Positions 27,172-37,430 of a stretch of DNA of 64,000 nt are shown one piece after another (the first letter of the stretch is position 1; the number at the start of each line of letters is the position of its first letter). The notes under the pieces were generated by a model, which searched no databases, had not been told where the DNA came from, and saw only the letters and a list, made by a program, of their open reading frames with translations. The stretch is from a virus (taxonomy: Duplodnaviria > Caudoviricetes). A program made the translations under genes and the position numbers. The stretch is from the IMG/VR virus record IMGVR_UViG_3300021256_000011, positions 1 through 64,000 of that record. The stretch is one strand, 5' to 3'.

Positions 27172-27576
27172 ATGAAAAACACTATTTTTAACGGAATTGA
27201 GAACATGACTAAAAAAGAGATTATTGTCGCACGTTCAACCGCAAAGAAAGAGATCCGCACAACGCTTGCAGATTTTGCGCTATCACTTGAAAGTGCATAC
27301 AAACAATTAACTGCAACGGGTTCAACTTGCAGAAATAGCGCAAACGCTTGCAAAGGGACTTATAAAACAGCCGTTTTGGTTGTTGCAAATTGTTACCCGT
27401 ACCAAACAAAAACGGGTGAACTTTGCACCAAAACAAAGGACGGGTTTAAAATCAAAAATTTGAAAGGGACTGCAACGGCTTACAGCGTTGTGAAAACGGC
27501 TGTTTGCAATTTCATAGACTGGAAAACAGGACGTAAAACCGAATTAGTTCAAATTGTTGAACCCATAACCGAATAA
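27172..27576 (+). CDS. first early gene, basic Thr/Ala/Lys-rich hypothetical protein
   Basis: 134 aa directly after the promoter, with an AT-rich translation initiation region. Confidence 0.7.
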   Translation: MKNTIFNGIENMTKKEIIVARSTAKKEIRTTLADFALSLESAYKQLTATGSTCRNSANACKGTYKTAVLVVANCYPYQTKTGELCTKTKDGFKIKNLKGTATAYSVVKTAVCNFIDWKTGRKTELVQIVEPITE

Positions 27577-27589
27577 CGGAAACACCTCA

Positions 27590-28226
27590 ACCCGTGCACG
27601 GGTGAAACTTTGCACGGGTTCACTAAATCGGACTTTTTAGAACTGCAAGAATTTTCGAAAGGGACTGCAAGCAATTGCACGAACAAGACAGAACCTATTG
27701 CACGACTAAAACAGGCGGACGGTACGAGTGCGGAGGCCGTCTAACAAATAGAAAAACCGACACAGCCCGACTCTGGGAACGGCTGGGATAAGTACGCCCT
27801 TTCCGGAACTGGCAAACGAACGAAAGCAACGGCCGAACGGCCTGCGCTGACTGACTGAGCCACGCCCGAACGAGAGCGGAAAAAAGACTTCATGAAACAG
27901 GGGGAGGGCGCACGAAACGGGGGAGAAAATCCGGATTAGTGCCAAGAATAGAATTAGTGTAGGCATCCAAGAGCGATGTGGCCCGAAACGAAAGAAGAAG
28001 GGCGAATGACGCGAAGACGGGAGTAAGTCCGAACTAGTGGTATAAATAGCGACCTATTGTGTTATGCCGATGACAAGGAACGACACAATAGGGTAAACCG
28101 AAACAACAAACAACGAGCGAGGAGGGAGCCGAAGATCCCGAATTGCAATTTATCGGCCTGGGCTGGGCGACACCGGCTCAGGCTGCCAAGTATTAACCAA
28201 ACGACCGCCGAAGGAGGGCGGAGGGT
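27590..28226 (+). ncRNA. candidate large structured RNA (~600 nt)
   Basis: No credible plus-strand ORF. Multiple helices including 27795-804/27901-910, 28053-062/28083-092 and 28156-166/28173-183, with A-rich linkers. Boundaries approximate. Confidence 0.5.
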
Positions 28227-28535
28227 ATGAATTACTGGGAAAATAAGCAGCGAAACGCTGACCGAATCAACGAGGCGTATTGTGCCCGCCTGAAGAGGCA
28301 CGAAGAACAGCAGAAGGCCGAGCGGATGGCTTGGTATGCCGAGCGGTTCCCGAAGGACCAGCGAATCGTTTACCGTGGCTATGGTTTAGTGACGGATAAC
28401 CATGGCTATACATGGACGATCGCAGGCCTTGGTTACGCTGGATTGCTTGGACTGAGAGAGGCCAAGCGAGCCGTGGACGACTATTTCCGTGCAGTTAATG
28501 CACAGAAGAGGTTTGAAGAACTGGCAGAGTTATAG
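28227..28535 (+). CDS. early hypothetical protein
   Basis: 102 aa, start of the dense plus-strand array. Confidence 0.6.
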   Translation: MNYWENKQRNADRINEAYCARLKRHEEQQKAERMAWYAERFPKDQRIVYRGYGLVTDNHGYTWTIAGLGYAGLLGLREAKRAVDDYFRAVNAQKRFEELAEL

Positions 28536-28547
28536 GAGGGCTGAACG

Positions 28548-28724
28548 ATGAAGTACCGACTTAACGCGATGGCAGCATTTGCTGTAAATATCGAGATTGA
28601 GGCGAACAGCCGTGAAGAGGCGTTTGCCGAGTACGACCGACTGCGCGAACGGGGCGAATTGTCCTGGCAGTTCGTGGGCACTATGGACGTCAACTGCGAC
28701 GAGATAACCAATAACAACAATTAA
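28548..28724 (+). CDS. small early hypothetical protein (58 aa)
   Basis: Read manually: MKYRLNAMAAFAVNIEIEANSREEAFAEY...; not in the ORF track. Confidence 0.55.
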   Translation: MKYRLNAMAAFAVNIEIEANSREEAFAEYDRLRERGELSWQFVGTMDVNCDEITNNNN

Positions 28725-28888
28725 ATCCGGGGACGGGGATAACCGAACGGACCGAGCAATGGCACGAATAGTTAAGTTAGTACCCTGGGGCGAGGAGGTA
28801 TTGACCGACTGGCTCCCGATTAAGCAGATAGTAAGAGAGTACCGGACGAGGTGGATGGGATGTATAATCATAATAAAGAAGTAGCAAA

Positions 28889-29122
28889 ATGAAAACAGCA
28901 AAAGTGAACGCGGGTGATGTGCTTATCAGCCTGCCCGTTGAGTATTTGGATCAGCAGACCTCGATTAGCAGCGTATTTGACGATGTGCCGATTGAGAGCG
29001 TGGACATGGACGCCTTGATTGAGTCGAACAAGTACGGCGTTGCCTGGTATTACAAGAATTTAGGAGAGCGGAAGGTGCTGCACATCAGCGTACCGACCGA
29101 GTTAATCAAGTGGGAGGAGTAG
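28889..29122 (+). CDS. early hypothetical protein
   Basis: Operonic ORF. Confidence 0.55.
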   Translation: MKTAKVNAGDVLISLPVEYLDQQTSISSVFDDVPIESVDMDALIESNKYGVAWYYKNLGERKVLHISVPTELIKWEE

Positions 29123-29435
29123 GCGATGAACAAGAAGAGAGTGAAGAGCGCAGCGAAGGCCGTTGCGACCGGCATCATCATTGCGGAACTGGCTATCTTG
29201 GACTATGTAGCGGTTCAGTTGACGAGGGGCATCGAGATTGAGTACAACCTGGACGAGTTGGAGGGAGCGGAAGAGGTAGCGATGAAGGACATGGAGGGCG
29301 AGTGATGTTCTGGTTAATATGCATTGCGGTTGTGGCTGCCGTGAACAGCTGGGCCGGCAAGAGCGAGTAGTGACGGGCCTGGGGAGCTGATGACTGCCCG
29401 GGCCTGCAAAGTATAAACCAATAAAGGAAAACGAT

Positions 29436-29855
29436 ATGGAAACTTACAAGAATTTTGGTGTTGTTATCAACCACCCTGCTTTTGGACGAATTAGGTCAGA
29501 AGCTAAATTTGACGGGGAGAATGTGGAGTTTGGAGAAGGTGCGCACACTGTTAGACTGCACATTTCGTATGCAATCAAGCGCGACATGAAGCGGTTTGAG
29601 GAGATGAACGAAGGTCTCAAACCGACCGACAAGGATTACATCGACATTTCGACAATGGAACTATTTGACGTAAATGTGGACGGGCAATTTGTGAACCTGC
29701 GCTATGTGTTTGAGGAGAATTGGTATGACGGGAAGAAATGCGGAGGAAGGTGCGCAAATGGCGATATGTATAAGTGGTACCAGAGTAGTGATGACAAACG
29801 GCTATTCAACGTATCAAGGCCGGTTTTTGGAGTTGACGCTTTCGTGGCATGGTAA
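29436..29855 (+). CDS. early hypothetical protein
   Basis: 139 aa with an A-rich leader. Confidence 0.65.
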   Translation: METYKNFGVVINHPAFGRIRSEAKFDGENVEFGEGAHTVRLHISYAIKRDMKRFEEMNEGLKPTDKDYIDISTMELFDVNVDGQFVNLRYVFEENWYDGKKCGGRCANGDMYKWYQSSDDKRLFNVSRPVFGVDAFVAW

Positions 29856-29874
29856 TGAATAGGAGGAACAAAAA

Positions 29875-30222
29875 ATGAAAACGATTGAGTTTTTTAAGCG
29901 AAAAGGATACAATCCGGCAGTTGATACGATTGGCGGAGAGGTTATGATGGACGGGATATGTGTAGGCGAGTGGAACGGTAGAACAAACTATGTTTTATTC
30001 AAAGGCGGCGATGACAGTGAGCATTACGGCCAGAAGCATTTCGACTCTCTGGATGAGTGCGCAAAATGGATTGCCGGGTGCGGTCGGTATGACCACGACT
30101 ATGAACGGAACGACGGTGCTTTGTGTTACTATTTTAACACAAAAACGGGATACGACCACATTTCTAACTATCTGAAGCATTTCCCACTTATAGAGAAATA
30201 CACTATTGAGATTGAGGCGTAA
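29875..30222 (+). CDS. early hypothetical protein
   Basis: 115 aa with an A-rich leader. Confidence 0.65.
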   Translation: MKTIEFFKRKGYNPAVDTIGGEVMMDGICVGEWNGRTNYVLFKGGDDSEHYGQKHFDSLDECAKWIAGCGRYDHDYERNDGALCYYFNTKTGYDHISNYLKHFPLIEKYTIEIEA

Positions 30223-30248
30223 GGACAACGAATAAAAAATTAACGATT

Positions 30249-31088
30249 ATGGGTTACAGTAATTATGATGTCGCTCACCGCTGGATGAGCGGCCAGGGTG
30301 TTCGTTGCCAAGGCAGTAATATGTTTTTCGAGGGCGACGTGATTTATTCTTACGGCTATCATTTCGTGATTGCCCGCAAATGGAATGGTGTTATCCTGTG
30401 GAATGACGACACCTATAGCAACAGCACGAGCAAGCATCAGGGTTATGTACGTAGTGCGGCCTGGGGTAAGTTGGTTGATTGTGCGGTACTCAAGGATGGT
30501 GTGGACCCGGCGAGTAACCGGTTCTACGAGGAGAATATGAAGATGTGGGCCGAGAAGATTCAAGACATCATCGAGTCCAAGTTGTCGAAGGCTCGCAAGC
30601 CGGAGAAGTACTTCAACGAGATTCTGACCATCGTAGACAAGGCCGAGCGGCTGTGCGAGGTTCTTGACCGCAAGTTACCGAAGGAACTGAAGGCTTACAG
30701 GGATAACACCTTAAGCCGTGACGAGTTGGTCAAGAAGGTGCAGGAGGACGCCAAGAAGAGGGCGGCTGCGGCTGAACGCAAGCGCAAGAAGGCCGAGAAG
30801 GAGGCTATTGAGAGGTTCCTTGAGGGCAAGACTCGATATGCGAACACCAAGTATCAGATTTGCAGGCTGAATACGGAGAAGAACCGGTTTGAGACATCGC
30901 TGGGCGTCGAGATCCCGTTTGAGATTGGTCGCAGGTTCTACGAGCAACTGAAGGCCGGAGTGGTCAAGGTGGGCGACAAACTGCTGTATTACACTGTGCG
31001 CCACATCGGCAAGGAGATAGAAATAGGATGCCACACGTTCGAGCGTAAGTACCTTATGGAATATGGTAAGAAAGTGTTTAACAATTAA
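30249..31088 (+). CDS. conserved phage early protein
   Basis: FFEGDVIYSYGYHF.IAR...YSNSTSKHQ motif, then coiled coil, then ETSLGVEIP...IGCHTF; a recurrent phage family of unknown function. Confidence 0.65.
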   Translation: MGYSNYDVAHRWMSGQGVRCQGSNMFFEGDVIYSYGYHFVIARKWNGVILWNDDTYSNSTSKHQGYVRSAAWGKLVDCAVLKDGVDPASNRFYEENMKMWAEKIQDIIESKLSKARKPEKYFNEILTIVDKAERLCEVLDRKLPKELKAYRDNTLSRDELVKKVQEDAKKRAAAAERKRKKAEKEAIERFLEGKTRYANTKYQICRLNTEKNRFETSLGVEIPFEIGRRFYEQLKAGVVKVGDKLLYYTVRHIGKEIEIGCHTFERKYLMEYGKKVFNN

Positions 31089-33226
31089 AACGAGACGACA
31101 TATGAAAGCAATTGAATTGATTAAGACCTTGTTCGACGGTTGGCTGAACCTCGAGCAGGGCGGAGTATTCACGATGGCCCCGGAAACGGACGAGCAGTTT
31201 GTGCAGCGGTTTTTCGGGGAGCATCGCGTGATTAGCGGAAAGTTGGTCGAGGGTGAGTATGTGTACTTCTATGGTCCGGAGCACGACAAGTTAGTGGTTG
31301 ACTATCCGCCGGACGTGGTTCTCGTGACGAAGGACGACGAGAGCATAATGTTGTGGAGGGTTGAGTAATGGAACGGATTTTCATCTACAAGAGCGATGAG
31401 GGTTGCAGGAAAGGCTGTCACCCGGTCATTGAGCTATGGGCTGCAAGGCGTGGTGTGATTAACGAGATTCGCGTGTTCAGCGTGGACGAGCCGGGCGCAT
31501 GGTTCGATGATTGCTGGAACTGCCATGTGGACGGTATGGACTTCGAGTGTGCGACCAGGGAGGATGCGATTGAGAAGGGCCTTAGCCATTACGGGTATAA
31601 CGATAACTATAAAATGTATTACGAATGAAAACAATGAAACAAGTGCTGGCCGAGTTCCAGCGGATGCAGAAGCAGCTGATTTGCGACGGAGTGGTCGAGA
31701 TCTATGTGTACCGCGACGGGACGTATTGGGCCATTAGGGTCCAGAGGGTAACCTTCACGGACAACCACGAAGTCAAGACACGCGACTATGTCGAGTGGAC
31801 CCATTACTCCGTACAGGACGAAGAGGATGAGCAGGATAACAAGGAGCGGCTGGCGGAGTTCAAGGCGAAGTTTAACCTTAAATAGGACTAGATATGTGGC
31901 AAATAGATTATGCAATGCAGGCTGCTGAGCAAATCAGTCGGCTTGGTTTCCGAGTGTTCGTGAAAAAGAATATGAGCACTTACGGTTTTTTCTCTGACGG
32001 CAAGGGAATAGGATATTTTCAGGCGAACTTTGACGGGATCGGCATCACGACCGTGAACGCCAAGGGGAGTGCTTGCAGCGGTTATTCGGTAAAGGGCGAG
32101 GAACCGGGGTACCTACTTAATGAGCTGACTCCCGATATCCTGCGCCAGGCGTTTGTGGCGTATCCGTCCTGGGTGCGTCCCTTTGATGCAAAGTTTGTCA
32201 AGAAGTACCGCGACCTTGAACACTTCCTGTCCGAGTATTGGGACAAAGATAATCTTATTGAGTATGAGAGCACAAATTAACCACGGCAAGCGGGGTGTCA
32301 AGATAGACACCCTACTGAAGATGTACGAGATGACCTATCCGCAGGACTACTACGACTATATCATCCAGTCGTATGAGTACGGGCACATGGACCAGGTCAT
32401 CAGTTTGTTTAACTGCATGAAGGGCGAGCAGCAGAAGAGCTTCCTTATGAATGTAAACCACATGGGCTACATCAAGGGAGAGCGCCTGCACGACTTCATC
32501 ATAAGCAATTTGTAGCCATGGTACCGAACTACAAGGAACTGGACGAATTGTGCCGGTCAAGCATTGAGGACTATGACGAGAAAGTGAGCATCGCGTGGGG
32601 TTACATGGACCGCATGCGGTGCCCGCTGAGTATGGCTTTCCCAGAGCTTTATGACGAGATAGTCGAAGTCCTGGAGGATAACGAAATAGATTGGGAAAAC
32701 TTAGATATAGAGGAGATTATATCATGTTAATGAGGTGGGCGATACAAGAGGCGGTTTACAGAAACGATTTAAAGGTTTACGGAAATGATTCCAGAGAGCG
32801 ACGTGTGGGCAGTGATTCACAAGATCGAGTCGGCCACGAAACGGGACGGGTTGGAGGACCTGTCGAAACAAGAGTTGTGTAACCTGCTGAGAGATGTGTA
32901 TGACATGCTCGGCGCAATAGTGATGTGAAATGAAAAAGAAATTCATGGCGATGGGCTTGACCTTAGCCCTGGCGACAGACTTTGCGTGGTTGGTCAGCTG
33001 CGCAACGAGCAATGCGGAGTACGGATACGGAGTGAGGGAGTTGTTCAGAAGCAATGCGACCGCAAGAGACTTAATGGAGATTTCCGGGCACCGGATGCAA
33101 CACATGATTGAGCTGGCCGGTCTGGTCGGTTGGAACATCGCAGCGGAGGACATGGGAGAGGCGAACGCGAAGATGCGGGAGTTCGAGGAAGAGGCTATTA
33201 AACAAGGATATATCATAATGGATTAA
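31063..33226 (+). other. run of small early hypothetical ORFs (31063-31368, 31368-31628, 31625-31885, 31894-32280, ~32264-32515, 32518-32730, 32930-33226)
   Basis: Abutting or overlapping plus-strand ORFs with coupled stop/start codons. Confidence 0.6.
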
Positions 33227-33238
33227 AGGAAAATAATT

Positions 33239-33763
33239 ATGGGATGGGATTATCATCACGAGGTAGCACCTTACGATAGAAGGGCTATCTGCCGAAGCAA
33301 CATCGGCAACGGATACGAGGTTGTCAAGGACGCTGTTGTCGGGACAACTTATTATGCAGCGGTAAAGAGTCCGCACGACGGGAGCATCAGCGCGGTCGTC
33401 ATTCTTACTCATATCGACCGTGGCGGTTGGTGTAACTTCGGAATGAAGTTCATAGATGAGGACATGGGACCGTTGCACTATGACTGCCCGGAGTCTATAC
33501 TGAAGGAACTCAGCCCGACTGGCAATAGTTACGCTCTGGAGTGGAGAGCGAAGTGCAGGGAGAAGCGGCAGGCAAAGCGAGAGAATGTACTCGTGAAGGC
33601 TCCGATAGGGAGCAAGTTGAAAGTGACGCTGAAGACCGGCGTTGAGCGGATTGTGACGAAGCAGGCGCCAAACTTTCAGTTCAAGAGTTGGTGGCTCCTG
33701 GTTGAGGGGGCGCTGACCTATATTCCAAGAAACAGAGTTGAAAAAGCGGAGGTAGTGTTATGA
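33239..33763 (+). CDS. DUF6927-like protein
   Basis: K.IDEDMGP..YDCP..IL..L......ALEWRAKC motif as I recall it for this plasmid/phage leading-region family. Confidence 0.5.
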   Translation: MGWDYHHEVAPYDRRAICRSNIGNGYEVVKDAVVGTTYYAAVKSPHDGSISAVVILTHIDRGGWCNFGMKFIDEDMGPLHYDCPESILKELSPTGNSYALEWRAKCREKRQAKRENVLVKAPIGSKLKVTLKTGVERIVTKQAPNFQFKSWWLLVEGALTYIPRNRVEKAEVVL

Positions 33764-33923
33764 GAGTCGCAGTATTAGACTACACAACGGGGAATGTCGA
33801 TGTGTTTGACGCCCCGGAGCATGTCGGACCGTCTGACATGGAAGAATATCTCATTAAAGAGAAAGGTTATGTGCACACCAGCATCGAATGGATGTGCGGA
33901 GTTTCAAAAGTAAACATTGAGCT

Positions 33924-34208
33924 ATGACAATCAGCCTATTCAACGCAGAACGCTTGCGTTATGGTCGCGACTATGCGATAACAATCAACGGAAAGAAGTA
34001 CAAGGGCATCCTTTACGAGGACTGCAGGATAACCGAGGTGTACCGGAAGGGCCTGCACACATACGGCATGCGCCATCCAGATGACGACATGAGCGTACCG
34101 GCCACGGTATGCCCTGGGTATCCGATGGTCAACTTCTTCGGAACATTCGTAACTAACAAGCCGCTTCCTATTGAGGAGGAAACGGAGATAGAATCATGGG
34201 AGGAATAA
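33924..34208 (+). CDS. LPD28-like (large polyvalent protein-associated domain) protein
   Basis: YGMRH.DDD...PAT.....VNFFGTFVT.KPL. Confidence 0.55.
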   Translation: MTISLFNAERLRYGRDYAITINGKKYKGILYEDCRITEVYRKGLHTYGMRHPDDDMSVPATVCPGYPMVNFFGTFVTNKPLPIEEETEIESWEE

Positions 34209-34513
34209 CTATGACGATCTTAGCATTCTGGCCGGTAGGCTATATGGGAGAAAACATTCCCGAGCGTGACACTTTCGACTGCGTAACCCACGAAGAAGCA
34301 TTCAAGGAACTCTGGGAAAAACGCAAAAAGTGGAATGTAAGATTCTACGATATGGAGTCCTTCATCCTCGATGATGCTCACGGTCTTCGCCGGCACTTTG
34401 GCGTTGCGGACGAATTCGAGGAAGACTACAACAACGAAGAACTTGACGGAGGATATTGGTGCAAGGCACTACTCGTTCCGTCGGATTATGTTAAACAAGT
34501 AATAGGAGAGTAA
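34196..34513 (+). CDS. acidic early hypothetical protein
   Basis: Operonic ORF. Confidence 0.55.
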   Translation: MGGITMTILAFWPVGYMGENIPERDTFDCVTHEEAFKELWEKRKKWNVRFYDMESFILDDAHGLRRHFGVADEFEEDYNNEELDGGYWCKALLVPSDYVKQVIGE

Positions 34514-34684
34514 CATGGCAACATTCAAATTTGAAGCGACAATCTATGTGCAGGATGTGGAGACCGCACAAGATGCAATCAATGCACTGCAGACGGCGCT
34601 CGATGACTACGAGGATATGAACCCTGGTGGCGCGACAATCGTTATCCATCACGAAGAACCGAAACTGTTTGAGGAGGACTAACA

Positions 34685-35401
34685 ATGGCATCACACGCAA
34701 CACTTAAAGGCGTACACAACTACGTCGAATTCAAGGACGAGACCATCCAGGGCAGAGTGAAGAAGATGGTGGAGATGAGGCAGACAGTGGATGTCGAGAA
34801 CGCCCATGTAAAGTTCAGTTACGGCAACCGAAAGACAGGTAACTTGGTGCCGTCGGTATCACTCATTCCTATCGCCGATTGTGGCGCAAACTGCGCCTGC
34901 TGCGCGAAGGGCTGCTATGCCGCGAGGAACATTGCATGCTATAAGGCGAGCCGAGCATCATTCGCCAACAATAGCGCAATAGCCAGGAGAGACCCGGAGA
35001 AGTTCTTCCGAGAGGTTGACGGCGAGATGAAGAAGAACAAGTGGTTTAGGTTTTTCGTTTCGGGCGACATCTTGAGCGGAGACTTCTTTGATGGCATGGT
35101 CGAGGTGTCCAAGCGTAATCCTCACTGCCAGGTGCTTGCGTTTACGAAGCAATTTGATATCGTGAACCGATGGATTGACTACAACGGAGAACTGCCGGCG
35201 AACCTGCATATCATCTTCAGCGAGTGGCGTGGCTTGGATGTACCGAATCCTCACAACCTTCCGACATCGAGGCCGGTATGGAAGGGAGAGCTTGTTCCGA
35301 GCGGCATCTGGTGCGGCGGAGATTGCTCAGCGTGTGCCGTCAAGGACGAGGGCTGCTGGTCCCTGAAACCCGGCGAGAGAATCTTATTTGAAGCACACTG
35401 A
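34685..35401 (+). CDS. GP88-like (radical-SAM-related) protein
   Basis: CxxxCxxCxxxCYA, FRFFVSGDI, AFTK, C-terminal CGGDCSACAVKDEGCW. Confidence 0.65.
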   Translation: MASHATLKGVHNYVEFKDETIQGRVKKMVEMRQTVDVENAHVKFSYGNRKTGNLVPSVSLIPIADCGANCACCAKGCYAARNIACYKASRASFANNSAIARRDPEKFFREVDGEMKKNKWFRFFVSGDILSGDFFDGMVEVSKRNPHCQVLAFTKQFDIVNRWIDYNGELPANLHIIFSEWRGLDVPNPHNLPTSRPVWKGELVPSGIWCGGDCSACAVKDEGCWSLKPGERILFEAH

Positions 35402-35600
35402 TATGGAAAAGTGTTATGAAGTATGCCCTTACTGTGGCGAAGAGGTTGAACTTGATGCAGAGTTAAAGGTTCAAATATGTCCAAACTGCGGAAAACACAT
35501 TGTGACCTGTTCAATGTGCCCCGCTTATATGAGTGAGGACCCCTCTGCGCCCAAGTGTAGCAATTGTATCTTAGAGTATCTGGCCCATAAAAATAACTAA
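35388..35600 (+). CDS. small Zn-finger protein
   Basis: CPYC, CPNC, CSMC and CSNC motifs. Confidence 0.6.
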   Translation: MKHTDMEKCYEVCPYCGEEVELDAELKVQICPNCGKHIVTCSMCPAYMSEDPSAPKCSNCILEYLAHKNN

Positions 35601-35604
35601 CATC

Positions 35605-36311
35605 ATGGAAACAATCGTAATCATGACCAACTGCAAGAGTCCTTACGGCTCTTACATCGAATTCAAAATCAAGGGCGGAGCGTTCATTGGAGAGGTGGAC
35701 ACGCTCAACAAACGCACCCACGGCAAGACTGGCTATCGAGTGTTCTACGGGGAACACTACAGGTCCAGGCAGATTGCCGACCGCTCCAACAAGGACAGCG
35801 CAATCGCTCTCCTGCAGGAGTCAATTAAGGCCGGGATCCAGGGGCCGGTGGAGTTCAAGTGGAATGTAATGCAGTACAAATATAAATAGCCATGACAGCA
35901 CAAGAGAAATTTGAGGCCCGGCTCAAGGAGTTGGGGCTATGGAAAGATTACGGAATGGATGATCATGTAGGAACTGTCCTACCGGACGGTCGGGTGGTCG
36001 TCCTGGTGCACATCCAGTCGGACCCGACGGATTCTTATACGGAATTTGATTACCAGTCGTTCGAGGATTTGTGGAAAGACGCCAAGTTCCGCGAGAAATG
36101 TAAGGAGCACTGGTACAAGGAAAGCGACGACTACGAGTTCATCGGTAAGCTCGCATACTGGCTCGATATCCACGATAAGTACGCTGAGTGCCCGCTCTTC
36201 CCTGTAGACCTTTACTGGATGGGCACAGAAAGCAAGTGGTTTGACTTCGAGGACGACAAAACCGCCGAAGAAATCATCAAAAACCTCGTGGCCGAGCATA
36301 GTTTGGCATAG
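35605..36311 (+). other. two early hypothetical ORFs (35605-35889, 35892-36311)
   Basis: Coupled plus-strand ORFs. Confidence 0.6.
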
Positions 36312-36461
36312 AATTTGCATAGTATAAGGTCATGAAATATTTACTGACAATATCTGCCGCGGTCGGCCTTATAGCTTACCACAACGCATGGCAGACAATA
36401 GAGTGCCCGCTGTTAATAATCATGGCGGTGCTCGTATGTATCATTATTAAAACAAAAAGCA

Positions 36462-36737
36462 ATGAACAAAGACAGAAGAAAGGCTCTGAGAGAAGCCATT
36501 GACGAACTGGAAGAAGCCAGGGCTAAAATTGAATCGGCCAAGGCTACCGTTGACACCTGCAAGAGCGAAGAGGAGGACGCGTATGACTGCCTGCCGGAGA
36601 GTCTGCAGGAAGGCGAGAGGGGCGACACCATGCAGGAGAACATCGACAGCCTTGACGAGGCGTACAGCAACCTTGACGACATCTCGGACACTATCGAAGA
36701 AGTAATCAACTCAATCCAGGAGGCCATTGACAGATGA
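36462..36737 (+). CDS. highly acidic coiled-coil protein
   Basis: MNKDRRK...EEEDAYDCLPESLQEGERG; roughly 30% Asp+Glu. Confidence 0.7.
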   Translation: MNKDRRKALREAIDELEEARAKIESAKATVDTCKSEEEDAYDCLPESLQEGERGDTMQENIDSLDEAYSNLDDISDTIEEVINSIQEAIDR

Positions 36738-36873
36738 ATGCGTTGCTAGTTTACGAAGGCTACGCCCTCTACGAGTGGGGGCGAGCCTACAAATCAGAGA
36801 TTGACGGCAAGTGGCGCCAGTTCGACACTGCCGCACAGTGGGTACAATACATTAACTTAATAACAGGGAAGAA

Positions 36874-37107
36874 ATGAAGTACACCAAAAGAAAAATCATT
36901 CTTATAAATGAGCAGACAGGCGAGCGCAAGGATTTCGCTAGCATCAACGCCGCAGCGGGATTTCTTGGCTCCAACTTTGCCAATGTACAGATGCAGGCAT
37001 TCCGGAACGCAACGCTCCGTGGATGGCGGGTATATGAGGATGCAGAGACCATCCGCCAGCACATCAAGGCTCTGGAAGAGCAGTTAAAGATAATAGAGTC
37101 TAACTAA
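36874..37107 (+). CDS. NUMOD1-like DNA-binding protein
   Basis: FASINAAAGFLG motif. Confidence 0.5.
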   Translation: MKYTKRKIILINEQTGERKDFASINAAAGFLGSNFANVQMQAFRNATLRGWRVYEDAETIRQHIKALEEQLKIIESN

Positions 37108-37122
37108 TAAACACACAAAACC

Positions 37123-37428
37123 ATGAAAACTAAGACACAACTTGTTAAGCTCGGTCTGACAGAGATGCAGGCCGACCAGGTAATGCTTCTTGAAAGCGAA
37201 ATGATGAAGCACGCTATTGCGTTCTCATTCAAAAAGAAGGACGGCACTATCCGCCAGGCCGTCGGCACTCTCGTCCGCGAGCGCATGATTCAGCCGGACG
37301 GCAAGCTCTGGGAGCCGAAAGGAGCAGAGCGGATGCCGGAGCAGGACCTGTTCGTCAAGTTCTGGGACTGCGTTGCCCAGGCATGGCGCCAGTTCAATGT
37401 GTTCAACCTTATAGCAGTGGAGGGATAG
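37123..37428 (+). CDS. WYL-like/SH3 beta-barrel (DUF2693-like) protein
   Basis: IAFSFKKKDGTIRQAVGTL...FWD.....WRQF. Confidence 0.65.
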   Translation: MKTKTQLVKLGLTEMQADQVMLLESEMMKHAIAFSFKKKDGTIRQAVGTLVRERMIQPDGKLWEPKGAERMPEQDLFVKFWDCVAQAWRQFNVFNLIAVEG

Positions 37429-37430
37429 CC

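Noticed and set aside
27845-27995. CTGACTGA and GAAAC suggesting a hammerhead, or a group II intron, in the large RNA candidate
   Set aside because: Core spacing is non-canonical, there is no domain V (AGC/CGC triad hairpin) and no interrupted gene.
29367-29400. CTGATGA inside a hairpin (hammerhead ribozyme core?)
   Set aside because: No stem II followed by GAAA and no cleavage-site helix; it looks like a simple hairpin loop.
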